A stretch of 64,000 bases of DNA from a virus. Location: positions 1-64,000 of IMG/VR virus record IMGVR_UViG_3300045988_146982; one strand, written 5' to 3'. Below, piece by piece: positions 9,801 to 19,383 of this stretch (position 1 is the first letter of the stretch; every line of letters begins with the position of its first letter). The notes beneath the pieces are model-generated. The model saw only the letters and a list, made by a program, of their open reading frames with translations. It did not search any database and had not been told where the DNA came from. The position numbers and the translations under genes are program-made.

Positions 9801-12799
9801 TAACTGCCAACACCTGATTTGTTCACCCCGGCATCCACCCATGTGGAAGTAAGCCAGTCGTAACGGTACAGGTCGTACTGCTGCGCATCGCCTCCAGCCT
9901 TCGTCACCCAATACATCTTGTCTTTTTCAAGGTCTGCACCGGCAGCCTGTAGTTCGGCAAGTGTCCCCACAAACGCTTTCAGGCGGTTGGAACATTGATA
10001 TATGAAGTTATGTGCCGTTTGGAAATAACCAACCTGCTTTTCATTACCCAAATCAAAATCCCAAGACACAACCCCGTTATACTTCCATCCTTCCAATTCT
10101 CCCTCGTCGTCAATGGATGGCTCAACGTCTTCGTTCCACGGTACCTGGTGCAGCGTCAGTACGGCACCGTTGTCCGACCCTTCGATCATTAGGTAGTCGG
10201 GAAATACTTCTTTGTCATATCCGAATGTCGGCTTGTCGCCTTTTCCGGGTCCGAACGTTACCAAGCCGTAGAATACAGGTTCAGCCGATTCGTTTTCGCG
10301 GACAAACATCATGAACGGAAGTTGCTTGACGCATACACGGCATTTTTCATAACCACCCGTTTCCGTGATGGAATTACCACCAACCACTTCTTTCCACAAT
10401 TCGTGGTACAGGTCGCACGACCCTGCCTTGTGACTCTGCTGGGAGGAAGCCCAGTTCAGTTTCGCCACCAGCTTGGTGGCAGGCGGCACATCATCCGTCA
10501 ATTGGTAAGCCGCTCCACGGTCGGTTCCGTTTCCGTCAATCCAATTATAATCGCCAAAGCCGTACTGGTGGTTCCACAGGAAATATTTCTTTGATGACGA
10601 ACCCTGTCCTTTCACGCTCATTCCCTTAATCGTACCGGAGTGGGACGGGTCGCCTACAATATTAATCGTCAGGTCTCCTTTCTTCTTCGCCTGGTCAAGG
10701 ATATAAGGGAGTGAGCCGGTCCAGAGCATCGTGTTGTACTTCTGCGAAGCGCGCTCGTAGTTGATCAGGTTATTATACAATACGTCATTCTTGTCGCGGA
10801 ACGCAATCTTTTCGCTTACCTCCGTCATACTTGCCATATAATCCTGCCGTATGTCAGTGGCTGAAAGGGCTTTCTTATAGATGCGGATACCGTAGATATC
10901 CACATCAGAGGTTTCCGAGCCGATGCGGATACCGTGCGAGGTGAGCACCCCATTCACGCGCTGGATGAATTTGTCTGTTTCGGTATAGACGAACTCACGG
11001 TTGATGATTCCGTTGATGAACAGACGCACGTAACTGATACCATGCCCACCGAGGTTATAAATGATATTTACAGCCAGAAGGGTGCGGGTGTCCTCCTGGA
11101 ACATCACATCCTGGTCGGTGGGCGTACGGTGCCCAGTGGTCAGGAAGTACGCCTCTTGCGGACGGATTTCCAAGCCCAAGGGCAGTCCGTCGCTTGCGTA
11201 GGTGGAGCACATGCGGATAATCGGTTCTGCAAGGTCGGTCGCGTTGCGGGAAGCGTAGTCAATCTCAATGGTCAGTGAACTCTCCTGGGTCTGTCCGGTG
11301 GTTTCGGAATAGCTCTCGTAGTCAATATCCAGCGAGCATCCGGCAAGGACGCGCAGGCATTTGGCTCCGGCACTGTCAGTCTGCCATCCGTCCGTCAATA
11401 GTTCGAAGCCTTTCCATACGGACGGGACCTCCTCACCCGTTTCCTGGTTGACAATCCGCATCGGATTCTCCTCGGTGTTGGTGCGCTGTTTGGGGTTCAG
11501 CACGAAATCAGCCCCCTTGGTGGGAGAAAAGTTTTCGCTGTTGTCAATGGTGAAGAGAAGCTGCTGCCGCAGTTCCGTATCGCCGGAATAAAAGAGCATG
11601 CGCCCGTTCAGCGTGTCACCTGCGCCTTCTTCCGTTTCGACTTCGACCATCGCGCTCAGTTCATAGCGTGTGCGGTTGGCTGCCGCCGGAATGTCCTGCG
11701 TCAAATAGGCTTCTTGCAGCTTGCCATCCATCAGGCGAAATTGCACGGGCGTTGTTTCGGCTGATGGATTATAAACCGCCCACTCGAAAAACTTCACCGT
11801 ATTCCAGTTGGTCAGGTCACGCTGTATGCCGTTCAACGCCATCAATATGCCCGTTTCCCCTTCTTCGGCTACCATGATTTGCGAAACCAAATCATCGGTC
11901 TGCACTGACGAACCGCTGCTCAGGTAAGCTGTGACGGTATAGACGCCATGCTTCTTGGGGCTGTCAATCTCCAGAATATAGGGTGTTTCCGTATAGACGT
12001 TCGTACCGAGGGCACGGGTAAAGGTCCGGTCGTAGTCCTTACCGGTAACACGTACCGTAAGGTCTTTGGCAATGTTGCCGGTGACATAGTAAGACAATGG
12101 GATACGCTCGCCGTCAAAAGGATTTTCCCATGTGGCGGCAAAGTCAAGCGCAAGGCTTGTCACCGTGATGGAGTAACTGACGTATGTGGTTGACAGTTCC
12201 GTGGTCTCACCGCGGCAGATGATACGGACAGATTGCTGCCCGAGCGTCAGGTAATCGCCGATAGGGACTTCCACCCAGTCGGATGAATCAGCCGGGTAGG
12301 ATTCAATCTTCACCGTCCCTTTGGTGCTCCAGTTGCTTGCGCCTTCCACTTTGGTCTGTATCGTCAGTACGCCCATTTCGCCAGTATCGGTGGTCTGCTG
12401 CGTGGCAGGGTTGAATACCTGCGAGGTAAAACGGAGCTTGACACTCAATTTTCTTGATGTCGTGATGATGGTACGCTCCGAACCGTTCACAAGGTTCAGG
12501 ATATAGCTGGTTGCCGAACTCGATCCGTCGCCACTTGGCAAGGCAATATCAAACAGGACGTTCGTTGCGAATGCTTCCGGGTTGCTGTTCCATTCATTAT
12601 AACGTTCCTCATCGGCAAAGCCGCGAAGGTGGTAGTTCCCGTCTGTTTCCTTGTCCGTTGTCCGGGACAGATACCCGGCTTTGCTCTTGAACTGCTTTTT
12701 GATGAACTCTTCCACACGGGAACCTTTATACATTTCTGAAGACGTGCTCCACGGCACTTCTATGCTTTCAATCTCTTTATCCAGTTTTATCTTTGCCAT
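6815..12799 (-). CDS. 1994-aa tail fibre / receptor-binding protein, DGR target with C-terminal DUF1566-like (C-type-lectin-fold) variable domain
   Basis: C-terminus GNWYLPANGELARIY...SASWYWSSTEGSRGNSWYVGFSSGNTSGNGKCYGNRARAVAAFTFKL carries the VR; LRR-like segment mid-protein. Confidence 0.9.
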   Translation of the reverse strand: MAKIKLDKEIESIEVPWSTSSEMYKGSRVEEFIKKQFKSKAGYLSRTTDKETDGNYHLRGFADEERYNEWNSNPEAFATNVLFDIALPSGDGSSSATSYILNLVNGSERTIITTSRKLSVKLRFTSQVFNPATQQTTDTGEMGVLTIQTKVEGASNWSTKGTVKIESYPADSSDWVEVPIGDYLTLGQQSVRIICRGETTELSTTYVSYSITVTSLALDFAATWENPFDGERIPLSYYVTGNIAKDLTVRVTGKDYDRTFTRALGTNVYTETPYILEIDSPKKHGVYTVTAYLSSGSSVQTDDLVSQIMVAEEGETGILMALNGIQRDLTNWNTVKFFEWAVYNPSAETTPVQFRLMDGKLQEAYLTQDIPAAANRTRYELSAMVEVETEEGAGDTLNGRMLFYSGDTELRQQLLFTIDNSENFSPTKGADFVLNPKQRTNTEENPMRIVNQETGEEVPSVWKGFELLTDGWQTDSAGAKCLRVLAGCSLDIDYESYSETTGQTQESSLTIEIDYASRNATDLAEPIIRMCSTYASDGLPLGLEIRPQEAYFLTTGHRTPTDQDVMFQEDTRTLLAVNIIYNLGGHGISYVRLFINGIINREFVYTETDKFIQRVNGVLTSHGIRIGSETSDVDIYGIRIYKKALSATDIRQDYMASMTEVSEKIAFRDKNDVLYNNLINYERASQKYNTMLWTGSLPYILDQAKKKGDLTINIVGDPSHSGTIKGMSVKGQGSSSKKYFLWNHQYGFGDYNWIDGNGTDRGAAYQLTDDVPPATKLVAKLNWASSQQSHKAGSCDLYHELWKEVVGGNSITETGGYEKCRVCVKQLPFMMFVRENESAEPVFYGLVTFGPGKGDKPTFGYDKEVFPDYLMIEGSDNGAVLTLHQVPWNEDVEPSIDDEGELEGWKYNGVVSWDFDLGNEKQVGYFQTAHNFIYQCSNRLKAFVGTLAELQAAGADLEKDKMYWVTKAGGDAQQYDLYRYDWLTSTWVDAGVNKSGVGSYEKLNLRTQLNDYLAGFDESEAVQNQIWEEVNAMFINARVAMFKSGIGQYYNLSDARFTMMVMKLIAASDNRAKNTYQYLDPKTHLICFAQDDMDTIFLTDNLGRKDKPYYVEEHDLNANGKNYWNGEVNTFYNLMELAFPAELRSTMKAIFSAMAKIGGSPMGCFEKFYFRIQKYFPAVAYNETARLLYEYAEQKANEGLYNPPSVSAISQSLGDQLQGEMQYLKMRTVYLSSFCSYGDFSVASSQSISFRSRYTKDGKQPTYTFNLRPFMWIYPAVAIGQSLGFGADNDGKAYGLPQRVKAGENYTISFITDNDTPCALLAPDCYSSIGNWGDKPLTGEFALSGKRLTEFSAGREEGIKVVEFNASSFKINTPNLKRLNLNGVEALAGILDLSKLTRAESLGVSGTALSTVTLPKTGSLENLELPAKLTALHLDDLPGLKTAGIEGVGNLQTVYVDQKGAGAFNSRAFAAQLYTGATEELSSVTFKSVEWESVTADMLVFLCDKQSVLTGSIALMNASGDRYITFDEKMKLVGRYGDIDSTDNPLYVSYPVRAINSISIQGNNYIFTLGEYTGFHISVLPTSANNVKIVDGHAAVNWSIEDGASLYAGFTDPVNGVLHVKKLSDAALKERFTVTVEVTTMDNRVMKQTKQVGFFNRIPEIGDFAYADGTFDDAYDPSKTLAGVVFMRTKKSDTEYELRIDAAEDIIMVDENTNVVSWPWGLYPEASATNGFPQEIEDAIQNAAGIASATDTAMPNINSTGLSQTTDPNNGKPSSNYINEDNYLDDDTDDGYAVLTSGSVNDFDGKEKTDIIIEHCNHILLNYLDVPLPETMEELYKAMKELAASNSGAKKYWQFYYPAAYMCRLYEPKAEAVHEQYRSGNWYLPANGELARIYNFHNCSRGFKINTAPTADYADEHPSSEARMPLFANMLKRVRDINVGANPFALHSASWYWSSTEGSRGNSWYVGFSSGNTSGNGKCYGNRARAVAAFTFKL
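6832..6959 (-). repeat. DGR variable repeat (VR)
   Basis: Counterpart of the TR; GC-rich invariant 3' end (coding sense) GGGCGCGGGCGGTGGCAGCAT resembles an IMH. Confidence 0.92.
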
Positions 12800-12812
12800 A
12801 ATTCACATTGTT

Positions 12813-12992
12813 TTATTTGTTACCGTCCCAATACTCATCCCCGTCCCAAGGTTTGTCCCCGTCCCAATATCCGCTGCCGAAGCAGCTTCTTACAGCCATC
12901 CAAACAAGCCGTGCCCCTTTGTAGATGGCCGATACCGCCCGCCGGCCGTAGTAGATGACTAGCACCTCTTTTTCTTTCACCACGATTCCCAT
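12813..12992 (-). CDS. small protein with WDG repeats (59 aa, below the ORF-track cutoff)
   Basis: My translation: MGIVVKEKEVLVIYYGRRAVSAIYKGARLVWMAVRSCFGSGYWDGDKPWDGDEYWDGNK; fills the gap between flanking genes. Confidence 0.5.
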   Translation of the reverse strand: MGIVVKEKEVLVIYYGRRAVSAIYKGARLVWMAVRSCFGSGYWDGDKPWDGDEYWDGNK

Positions 12993-12995
12993 ACG

Positions 12996-13346
12996 CTATT
13001 CCTCCAATACGTAATACATGGTGTCCGGGTCTATGCGGTCACCAAGGTTTTCAAACTCGTTTTCTGTCAGCAGGACCGGGACGAAGCCGAACAGCTCCTT
13101 TCCCAGCTCGGATGCCGCCTCGGTCTTTTCCTCCGGAGTCATATCGCCCCATGCGGCAGCGCCTTTTTCAGCCATTATCATCCATGTGGCATCGTCTGTG
13201 CCCGGCGTTACGCCTTTGGTCTTGTCCTTGAGACACACGTAGGAGCTGCCCAAATGGAACACAAGGTCAAGCCGGTTGTATTCCTCTGGCTCTGCATATC
13301 GCCCGCGCGGGATGAAAGTCACCCTTCCCAATATTGTTTTTGCCAT
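12996..13346 (-). CDS. hypothetical tail-module protein
   Basis: 116-aa ORF tightly packed in the tail operon. Confidence 0.6.
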   Translation of the reverse strand: MAKTILGRVTFIPRGRYAEPEEYNRLDLVFHLGSSYVCLKDKTKGVTPGTDDATWMIMAEKGAAAWGDMTPEEKTEAASELGKELFGFVPVLLTENEFENLGDRIDPDTMYYVLEE

Positions 13347-13354
13347 ATCGCCTT

Positions 13355-14236
13355 TTATCCGTTAATTGTTAAACATAGTTCACCGTCATCCAACGTGAAA
13401 ACAGGACCGGTATATTTGTCAGGGGTGGTACAGACGAGTTCCCCCTTGGCTATGTCGATGTCGAAGGCGGCGAACATTATATCTCCGCGGGCGAAAGTGC
13501 CGGTGTCGCGGTATTCGCCGGTTTCTTCATCCCACACCCACCAGTTGCCGTTTCCCCCGATCTTCGCCGGGTTGTCGGCGTAGGCTTGTGCGCGATCCGC
13601 TTGATTTTGCGCAGCCGCAGCCGCTTCTTCCGCTTTCTTTGTGGATTCTTTAAATCCTTTCTCGCGGGCAGTTTCCGCTTCGGCACGTTTGTTCTCAAAC
13701 AATATGCGGTCGTTCTCCTGTCGTTTACGGATGTTTTCATTACCGATTCGTGCGTTTTCATTGCTGATGCGTGTTTGTTCATTGGACGACACCGTGCGGT
13801 CGGTATCCTCCAGCTTCGCGATCATCTCCGCAGCCGGGCGTTGCAATTCGGCAATCTCTTCGGGAGTAAAATCCTTCAGGTGGGGAATAAGCATGCGCAC
13901 CTCATCTTCGGTCAGGTCTTCGAAACGGAGCTTGATGTCGGCTATGTCAACCAAAAGCCGCCATGTGGTGTCGGGGTCGGGAATATACTTGTACTCAATG
14001 CCGGTCTCTGTTTTGCGGAATTCCGGCGTCTTGCCCTCTGCGACTACTCCGGTGCCGATGTCTCCCACCCACCATACGCCATCCCGGATGGAAGGTTTCA
14101 GGCTGTCAGACACCGCCGCCTTGAACAGCGCAACCGATATACGCCCGTTTACCCCGGAAGACAGGACCAGCAGTATGTTATCATTCCCGCCGACACCGGA
14201 CACAGGGGTAAAATCCTTTATGTCTATATCATTCAT
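13355..14236 (-). CDS. tail-fibre-associated coiled-coil protein
   Basis: ORF 13355..14248; ATG 14236 forms an ATGA overlap with the upstream stop; central E/R-rich coiled coil (NENARIGNENIRKRQEND). Confidence 0.6.
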   Translation of the reverse strand: MNDIDIKDFTPVSGVGGNDNILLVLSSGVNGRISVALFKAAVSDSLKPSIRDGVWWVGDIGTGVVAEGKTPEFRKTETGIEYKYIPDPDTTWRLLVDIADIKLRFEDLTEDEVRMLIPHLKDFTPEEIAELQRPAAEMIAKLEDTDRTVSSNEQTRISNENARIGNENIRKRQENDRILFENKRAEAETAREKGFKESTKKAEEAAAAAQNQADRAQAYADNPAKIGGNGNWWVWDEETGEYRDTGTFARGDIMFAAFDIDIAKGELVCTTPDKYTGPVFTLDDGELCLTING

Positions 14237-14523
14237 CCCTTGCGACATGGCGGTATCTGTTTATGTTTTCCGATATAATCCTTCATGGAATCGGCAAATA
14301 CTCCGGGGAACAGGTCTATGCTGCTTAATATGGTGTCCACTTCGGTATCGTCAAGCTCGGTTTCCCCGGTGGAGCGAAATATCTTCTCGGCAAGCACGTG
14401 CGCCGATATTCCGGGAATGTTCCTGTAGATGGAATCGGCATACTCTTCCGCTATGTCCCGCTCCACAACCATGTCCTTGCGTATGTTTGCATACATCGGG
14501 AATTTTCTAAAATTTATTTTCAT
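14233..14523 (-). CDS. hypothetical tail-module protein
   Basis: ORF 14233..14574; ATG 14523 (MKINF) lies just after the upstream stop at 14534. Confidence 0.55.
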   Translation of the reverse strand: MKINFRKFPMYANIRKDMVVERDIAEEYADSIYRNIPGISAHVLAEKIFRSTGETELDDTEVDTILSSIDLFPGVFADSMKDYIGKHKQIPPCRKG

Positions 14524-14533
14524 AATCTCTTTC

Positions 14534-17500
14534 TTAAATTGATAAATACATTTCATTCCAATAATATCCGTCATACATAAAGCCCCGGAAATGGTTGTCC
14601 TTGATCGATGTCGAACCGACCGGATTTCTGTTGTTGGCTTCCCGTATGGAACCGCTCATGGTTATATTCCCGGTATTGGCAGGCTTGATGAATACAATCT
14701 TCCCCTTCCACATGGTTGCGGAAGAAGGCAGGCTGACAGTAATCGAAGAAGTATTCTTACATACAATCAGATCATCGCTGCTTTTGACAGTATACGAGGA
14801 TGAAACCTCAATCGCATTAAGTGCCAATCCGTTTATCCGGACGAACTCTCCGCTTCGTGCAACAATTTCCGCGTTGCCTCTTGACTTCAACGCGTACCCG
14901 AAGCCGCCGGCGTTACATAGCAGCTCCAAGGCAATGGACAAATTACTGGAACCATAAGTGCTGAAACTTGCCGCCGTCCTGCCATCGGCACGGGCAGCCA
15001 AGAATGCGCTGCTTGAAGGGTCGTTCAGCCGGAGGAAGTTATATCCGCTGATCTCGAATTTAATGGAAGCATTGTTCCCGGATACCGACAAGGAATTATT
15101 CGAAATCGTAAACCCGCCGATAGTACCTTTACTCACATCAATTGACCCGTTGATTCCATCCAGCGTAAGCGTGCCGCTCTGCGACTGCATCTTCTGGCTC
15201 TTGAACATGAACCCGGCAATGTTGGCTCCGTCAATCAGGGCGGTATCCATCGCCACGAAGCTGAACTTGTTGGACTGTTCCCAATAAGAGGTGTTGGTGG
15301 GGGTGGCAGAACCGGAATATCCGTACGGCTTGACAATATAGGCATTGCCGTTATATATCACGATATCGCGGTATTCGCTGTTGTAAACATAAGTCTCGGA
15401 CGATTTGTATGTGCCGCGGTAGCGCGGCATGGAACCCGAAGGTCCGCGGTCGCCGGCAGGACCTTGCGGACCCTGTGGTCCGCGGTCCCCATCTTCTCCG
15501 TCCGATACTATCTGCGCATAAGCCACACACTCAATGTTGCTGAACGGTTTTGCCACAATCTTATAATACTTGTACGAAGAGGACACGGAGACCGTGAATG
15601 TGGTCGAATAGGAAGAACCGGTGGCATACTGCGACCATGATTCGTTATCGTTACTCCGGTATATGTACCATTGGGCGGACTCTGCCGCCTGGGTATTATT
15701 ACTGTTCTTGTAACAGGTGCAGACAAAAGATGAAGGGTCCAGTGAGCCTGTTATCTTCTGACCGATGGTCATTTGGGCAGGAGATATGCTATAATAGCAG
15801 GCGTCTTCACCGGGTTTGCCATCTTCGCCGTCATGCCCAGGCTGCCCGGGCTTCCCGTCCTCGCCGTTTGTCAACACGGGAATCGTTTCACGGTCTACAG
15901 GTTGTCCGTTGCAATAAAGGGAAAATGTAATGCTTGTGCCGGCAGACGTTACGGAGAGCGGACTTCCGATGGCGTAGGCAACCTCTTCCCCGTCATCAAT
16001 CTTACGCATCATGGCATAACCATCCGGCAGGACGGTTACACGTACAGGCGCATTCTTCCCGTCCGTCTTGCGGAGCACGCACGTAATGGAAGACACGGAA
16101 CACGAACCGTCCGAATTCTTTTTGATGGAGCTTTCAGAAGGGAGCAGGTCGTAAATGACAGCAGGGTCCCCGTCCGTCAGCTTCGTGATGCCGAACTGCA
16201 CCGGCTTGGAATATTGTTCACCGGCAAACGTGGCGTATGCCCGTACCGGGATGGTGATAACCCTGCTGCCGGGCACTGCCGGAATAGCGGTGACGGTAAT
16301 CACGCCTGTTTCCACATCTTTGGATACACTGACACCCTCAGACGCTTCCACTTCTATCCTGTCCAATCCAAGCCGGCGCGTGCCATACCACATGCTGACA
16401 ACAGTCGTGCAGGGCAGTCCGTTCAGCACGTTGCCATAGGTGTCGCAATGTACGGCGCACATTTCGTTTGACAGGTCCGCCGATATGATGTTCCATCCGT
16501 TTTGGTTGACATTGATGGTATAGGTTTTCAGGAATGATGCGTTTCCTTCGCAGTTCACTGTGATGCCGATGCTCATGCCGCCAAGGTCGGTCAGCCCATC
16601 CACAATGACAACCCCGTTCTCCACGTGCGCAGTGCAGCCGACAGGCTCGATTGACACCATGAACGCGCCGGCTTTCAAGGTTTCCGAGTAAACCAGTTCC
16701 TTTTCGCCCTTGAAAGCCTGCACGCGGGTGGAAAGGCGGAAGCCGGTCGCCACCACATTCTCTTCTCCGCCTATTACGTTCCTGCCGCCTGCGGTCACAT
16801 TCTGCACGGTCTTTGCCCCGTTGATGATATTGCCCTCTTCGTCCACCGTCACAACACCCTCGTAGCTGGACAGGTTGACGCTGTATGCAGTGAGCTGGTC
16901 CACCTGGTCGGGAGTGAACTGGATATGCACGCCGGTCATGTAACCGTTCTTCTGGAACGTCCCGTGACCGTGCATCTCCATGCCGCCGATGGTAGTGCCG
17001 TCCAGCAGCCCGGACTGGTACATGATATGTTTGTCGGGGTCAATCTGCCAGGTATCCACTCCCTCCAGGATACGCTTGTAGTAGCGGTTCTCGTAGGTGA
17101 TGGACTGACGCTCCTTGTCGGTAAAATTGCCGTAGGCGAAGAAGTTCATCCCGGGCATGGGGTGTACGCCGGTGCCCACTTGCAGGTTGTATTCGAAGCT
17201 CATCAGCCCGGCTTTGCTTTCAACAATCCGGGTGGGAGTAAAATATGAAGTGGCAAAGCCGGAGTATCCCATGAAGCCGTTCTTGTCGAACAGGGTCTGC
17301 TCTTCGTTGCTGCCTTCCAAATTGTGGAAGACGCCACGACAGATGTCGTTGACGTGCAGCGTTCCCCACTGGTCGTCCAGCAGGTCAAGCGTGGCAATGC
17401 GTTTTTCCCTGTCTACGGTCTTAATGGTACCGTAAGCAAATGTGTTTGCTTTGTCACCGGCTATCACATCAATGCAGTTGAATGTGATTTTGGGAACAAT

Positions 17501-19303
17501 CAGCTCTTCACGGGCAAGAATCCTGTCTATTTCAAGGATTGATTTCCCGTTTTCATCAAGCCACATGGAGGCGCCACGTCCGCCGAGCATGCCGGTAACG
17601 AACTTGCCGATACGCAAGCCTTTCATGAAAGTGATAATCCCTTGTACGACATCATCCTTTTTCTTACTGATGAACTCAGTGAGCGAGCGCAAAGCCGAGA
17701 ATGCATTATTGTCGGTAGCCGGTGTGGAATCATTTCTTTTAATCAGATAAACCCCACTGCCCCAACCGCCTGTATAAGTCTGACCTTTCAGGGTAAGAGA
17801 TTCTATCTTGCCTTCGAGGTCCCCTATACGCGAGTAGGCTGCCGTCTCCCCTACTGTATAAATCGGAGAATCATAAGGATAGTCAAGATTAAACTCGTAT
17901 CCGATAACCCTTGACTGCCTTCCGTTCTCAAAATAAGCCTTATTGATTAAGTTAACCTTCTGACCGATGCCGTAGAGATTGTGCACTCCGTCCTCACTGT
18001 ATGCGACATCCGACATCATCTTACAGTTATATGTAGAAGGGTCTATCTTGGATTTGGCTACAGCTTTCTCCGCTTCGGCTTTCAGCTCTTGTTCGGCGGC
18101 ACCCACAAGCCCCAGTTCGGTTATTTTCGTACTGTCCCAACCGGATAGAATATAAGTATCCCCATTCTCAGGAATAAGCACTCCGTCCGGAAGCGGTCTG
18201 CCGTAGTTCTCATTTCTGACTATTTCCCAAAGTTGTTCATTCTTATTGTCAGGGTCGAATGTCACAGCGAATTCCATACCATTCAACTTGCCGGATTGGA
18301 AAATGATTTTCAATTCCTCACCGGGAAGGATATAGTCCTTTGAGAAGGTAATGCCGGTATCCTTGAAGCGGTAGGCATTCCATTTTTCCTCGGTGGTTGT
18401 GCCGTCCTCATTCTCCACCTTGTCTGTCACCTCAATAGTTGTGACATCCGACATGGTGCCGACCCTTCGGGGATAGACTTCATCGAAGATAACCACTTGT
18501 TCAATGGCTTCCTCGGTAGTCATATCAGGATAAGCGTCTATGTACGGAGTTCCGTCGGGCAACATTAAGCGTTTTTGCACAACGCCGTTCAGCACTACAG
18601 TCTCATCAACGGGGCGGTAGTCAGATGGGATATTCTTTGTTGAGCCGAATGCATAGATTCGGGTGGCGTAGGTCGATTGGGAATCGGAACGTGACATCTC
18701 TACAACGTTCACCCCGATTTCAAAGTTAACCGCATCGCCAGACTCACAACGTCCGAAATGGATGATGTTTTCAGTCACCCAACATTCGCAATCCCATTTC
18801 TTCGCCATCTCAAAACAGGCGTCAAGGATGTTGATGTTGTCATAAGTCATCAGTAGCGCCTTATTCTCTACAGTGCTGTCAATGGAGAAAACAAAATCCT
18901 GACCTTTATACGCATAACCAAGAGCTTTCAAATTTCTAAGGACTATACCGGCTTGTACGTCAAGCGGGGCAGTCAGATTCCAGGACGCTTCCTGCCCGGA
19001 CACTTCGGGGGTATATTTAAAGATTTTGTTTTTCCATTTCCAGTAGTGGGCGTCAAGTCTTAATTCGTAATCGTAGCCTGCGTTATCGGTGTTGAATGCG
19101 GGCTTCTGCAAGTCGCACACCTCGAACAGCCCGAAGTCGCACTCCACGTATGAACCAAGTTTGAAATATATAGGATTTTCCAAGGAGAACTTTAACGTGA
19201 TGTGGTCCTCCTTCATCAGAGTGAACTTACGCTTGCAGCCTTCATTAACAGGAGTTGTAAGCAGGATAGCACCGGATATGTCTTTGATGTCGATTTGTTC
19301 CAT
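14534..19303 (-). CDS. large tail tip / host-specificity protein with collagen-like repeats
   Basis: About 1590 aa after the Dit-like gene; G-X-Y runs GEDGKPGQPGHDGEDGKPGED and GEDGDRGPQGPQGPAGDRGPSG (~15436-15502, ~15800-15866); start ATG 19303. Confidence 0.8.
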   Translation of the reverse strand: MEQIDIKDISGAILLTTPVNEGCKRKFTLMKEDHITLKFSLENPIYFKLGSYVECDFGLFEVCDLQKPAFNTDNAGYDYELRLDAHYWKWKNKIFKYTPEVSGQEASWNLTAPLDVQAGIVLRNLKALGYAYKGQDFVFSIDSTVENKALLMTYDNINILDACFEMAKKWDCECWVTENIIHFGRCESGDAVNFEIGVNVVEMSRSDSQSTYATRIYAFGSTKNIPSDYRPVDETVVLNGVVQKRLMLPDGTPYIDAYPDMTTEEAIEQVVIFDEVYPRRVGTMSDVTTIEVTDKVENEDGTTTEEKWNAYRFKDTGITFSKDYILPGEELKIIFQSGKLNGMEFAVTFDPDNKNEQLWEIVRNENYGRPLPDGVLIPENGDTYILSGWDSTKITELGLVGAAEQELKAEAEKAVAKSKIDPSTYNCKMMSDVAYSEDGVHNLYGIGQKVNLINKAYFENGRQSRVIGYEFNLDYPYDSPIYTVGETAAYSRIGDLEGKIESLTLKGQTYTGGWGSGVYLIKRNDSTPATDNNAFSALRSLTEFISKKKDDVVQGIITFMKGLRIGKFVTGMLGGRGASMWLDENGKSILEIDRILAREELIVPKITFNCIDVIAGDKANTFAYGTIKTVDREKRIATLDLLDDQWGTLHVNDICRGVFHNLEGSNEEQTLFDKNGFMGYSGFATSYFTPTRIVESKAGLMSFEYNLQVGTGVHPMPGMNFFAYGNFTDKERQSITYENRYYKRILEGVDTWQIDPDKHIMYQSGLLDGTTIGGMEMHGHGTFQKNGYMTGVHIQFTPDQVDQLTAYSVNLSSYEGVVTVDEEGNIINGAKTVQNVTAGGRNVIGGEENVVATGFRLSTRVQAFKGEKELVYSETLKAGAFMVSIEPVGCTAHVENGVVIVDGLTDLGGMSIGITVNCEGNASFLKTYTINVNQNGWNIISADLSNEMCAVHCDTYGNVLNGLPCTTVVSMWYGTRRLGLDRIEVEASEGVSVSKDVETGVITVTAIPAVPGSRVITIPVRAYATFAGEQYSKPVQFGITKLTDGDPAVIYDLLPSESSIKKNSDGSCSVSSITCVLRKTDGKNAPVRVTVLPDGYAMMRKIDDGEEVAYAIGSPLSVTSAGTSITFSLYCNGQPVDRETIPVLTNGEDGKPGQPGHDGEDGKPGEDACYYSISPAQMTIGQKITGSLDPSSFVCTCYKNSNNTQAAESAQWYIYRSNDNESWSQYATGSSYSTTFTVSVSSSYKYYKIVAKPFSNIECVAYAQIVSDGEDGDRGPQGPQGPAGDRGPSGSMPRYRGTYKSSETYVYNSEYRDIVIYNGNAYIVKPYGYSGSATPTNTSYWEQSNKFSFVAMDTALIDGANIAGFMFKSQKMQSQSGTLTLDGINGSIDVSKGTIGGFTISNNSLSVSGNNASIKFEISGYNFLRLNDPSSSAFLAARADGRTAASFSTYGSSNLSIALELLCNAGGFGYALKSRGNAEIVARSGEFVRINGLALNAIEVSSSYTVKSSDDLIVCKNTSSITVSLPSSATMWKGKIVFIKPANTGNITMSGSIREANNRNPVGSTSIKDNHFRGFMYDGYYWNEMYLSI

Positions 19304-19322
19304 GTCTTCAAAGTTCGGAGAT

Positions 19323-19352
19323 AAAAAAAAGAGTGCCCAATTTTGAGCACTC
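19323..19352 (-). terminator. intrinsic-terminator-like hairpin followed by T8 inside the tail operon
   Basis: Minus strand GAGTGC...GCACTC stem followed by TTTTTTTT, 20 nt upstream of ATG 19303. Confidence 0.55.
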
Positions 19353-19357
19353 ACATA

Positions 19358-19383
19358 CACGACAATAGAGCCAATGTCGTGAA
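19358..19383. promoter_or_regulatory. CACGACAAT-N-ATTGTCGTG family inverted repeat, copy a (imperfect)
   Basis: CACGACAAT agagcc AATGTCGTGAA. Confidence 0.5.

Noticed and set aside
4867-12799. A second variable repeat or second DGR target in the window
   Set aside because: The conserved TR core (for example GGTACTGGACCAATACCACGAGGCGGAG) appears only at the TR and the single VR. No other ORF ends with a WYWSST-type motif.
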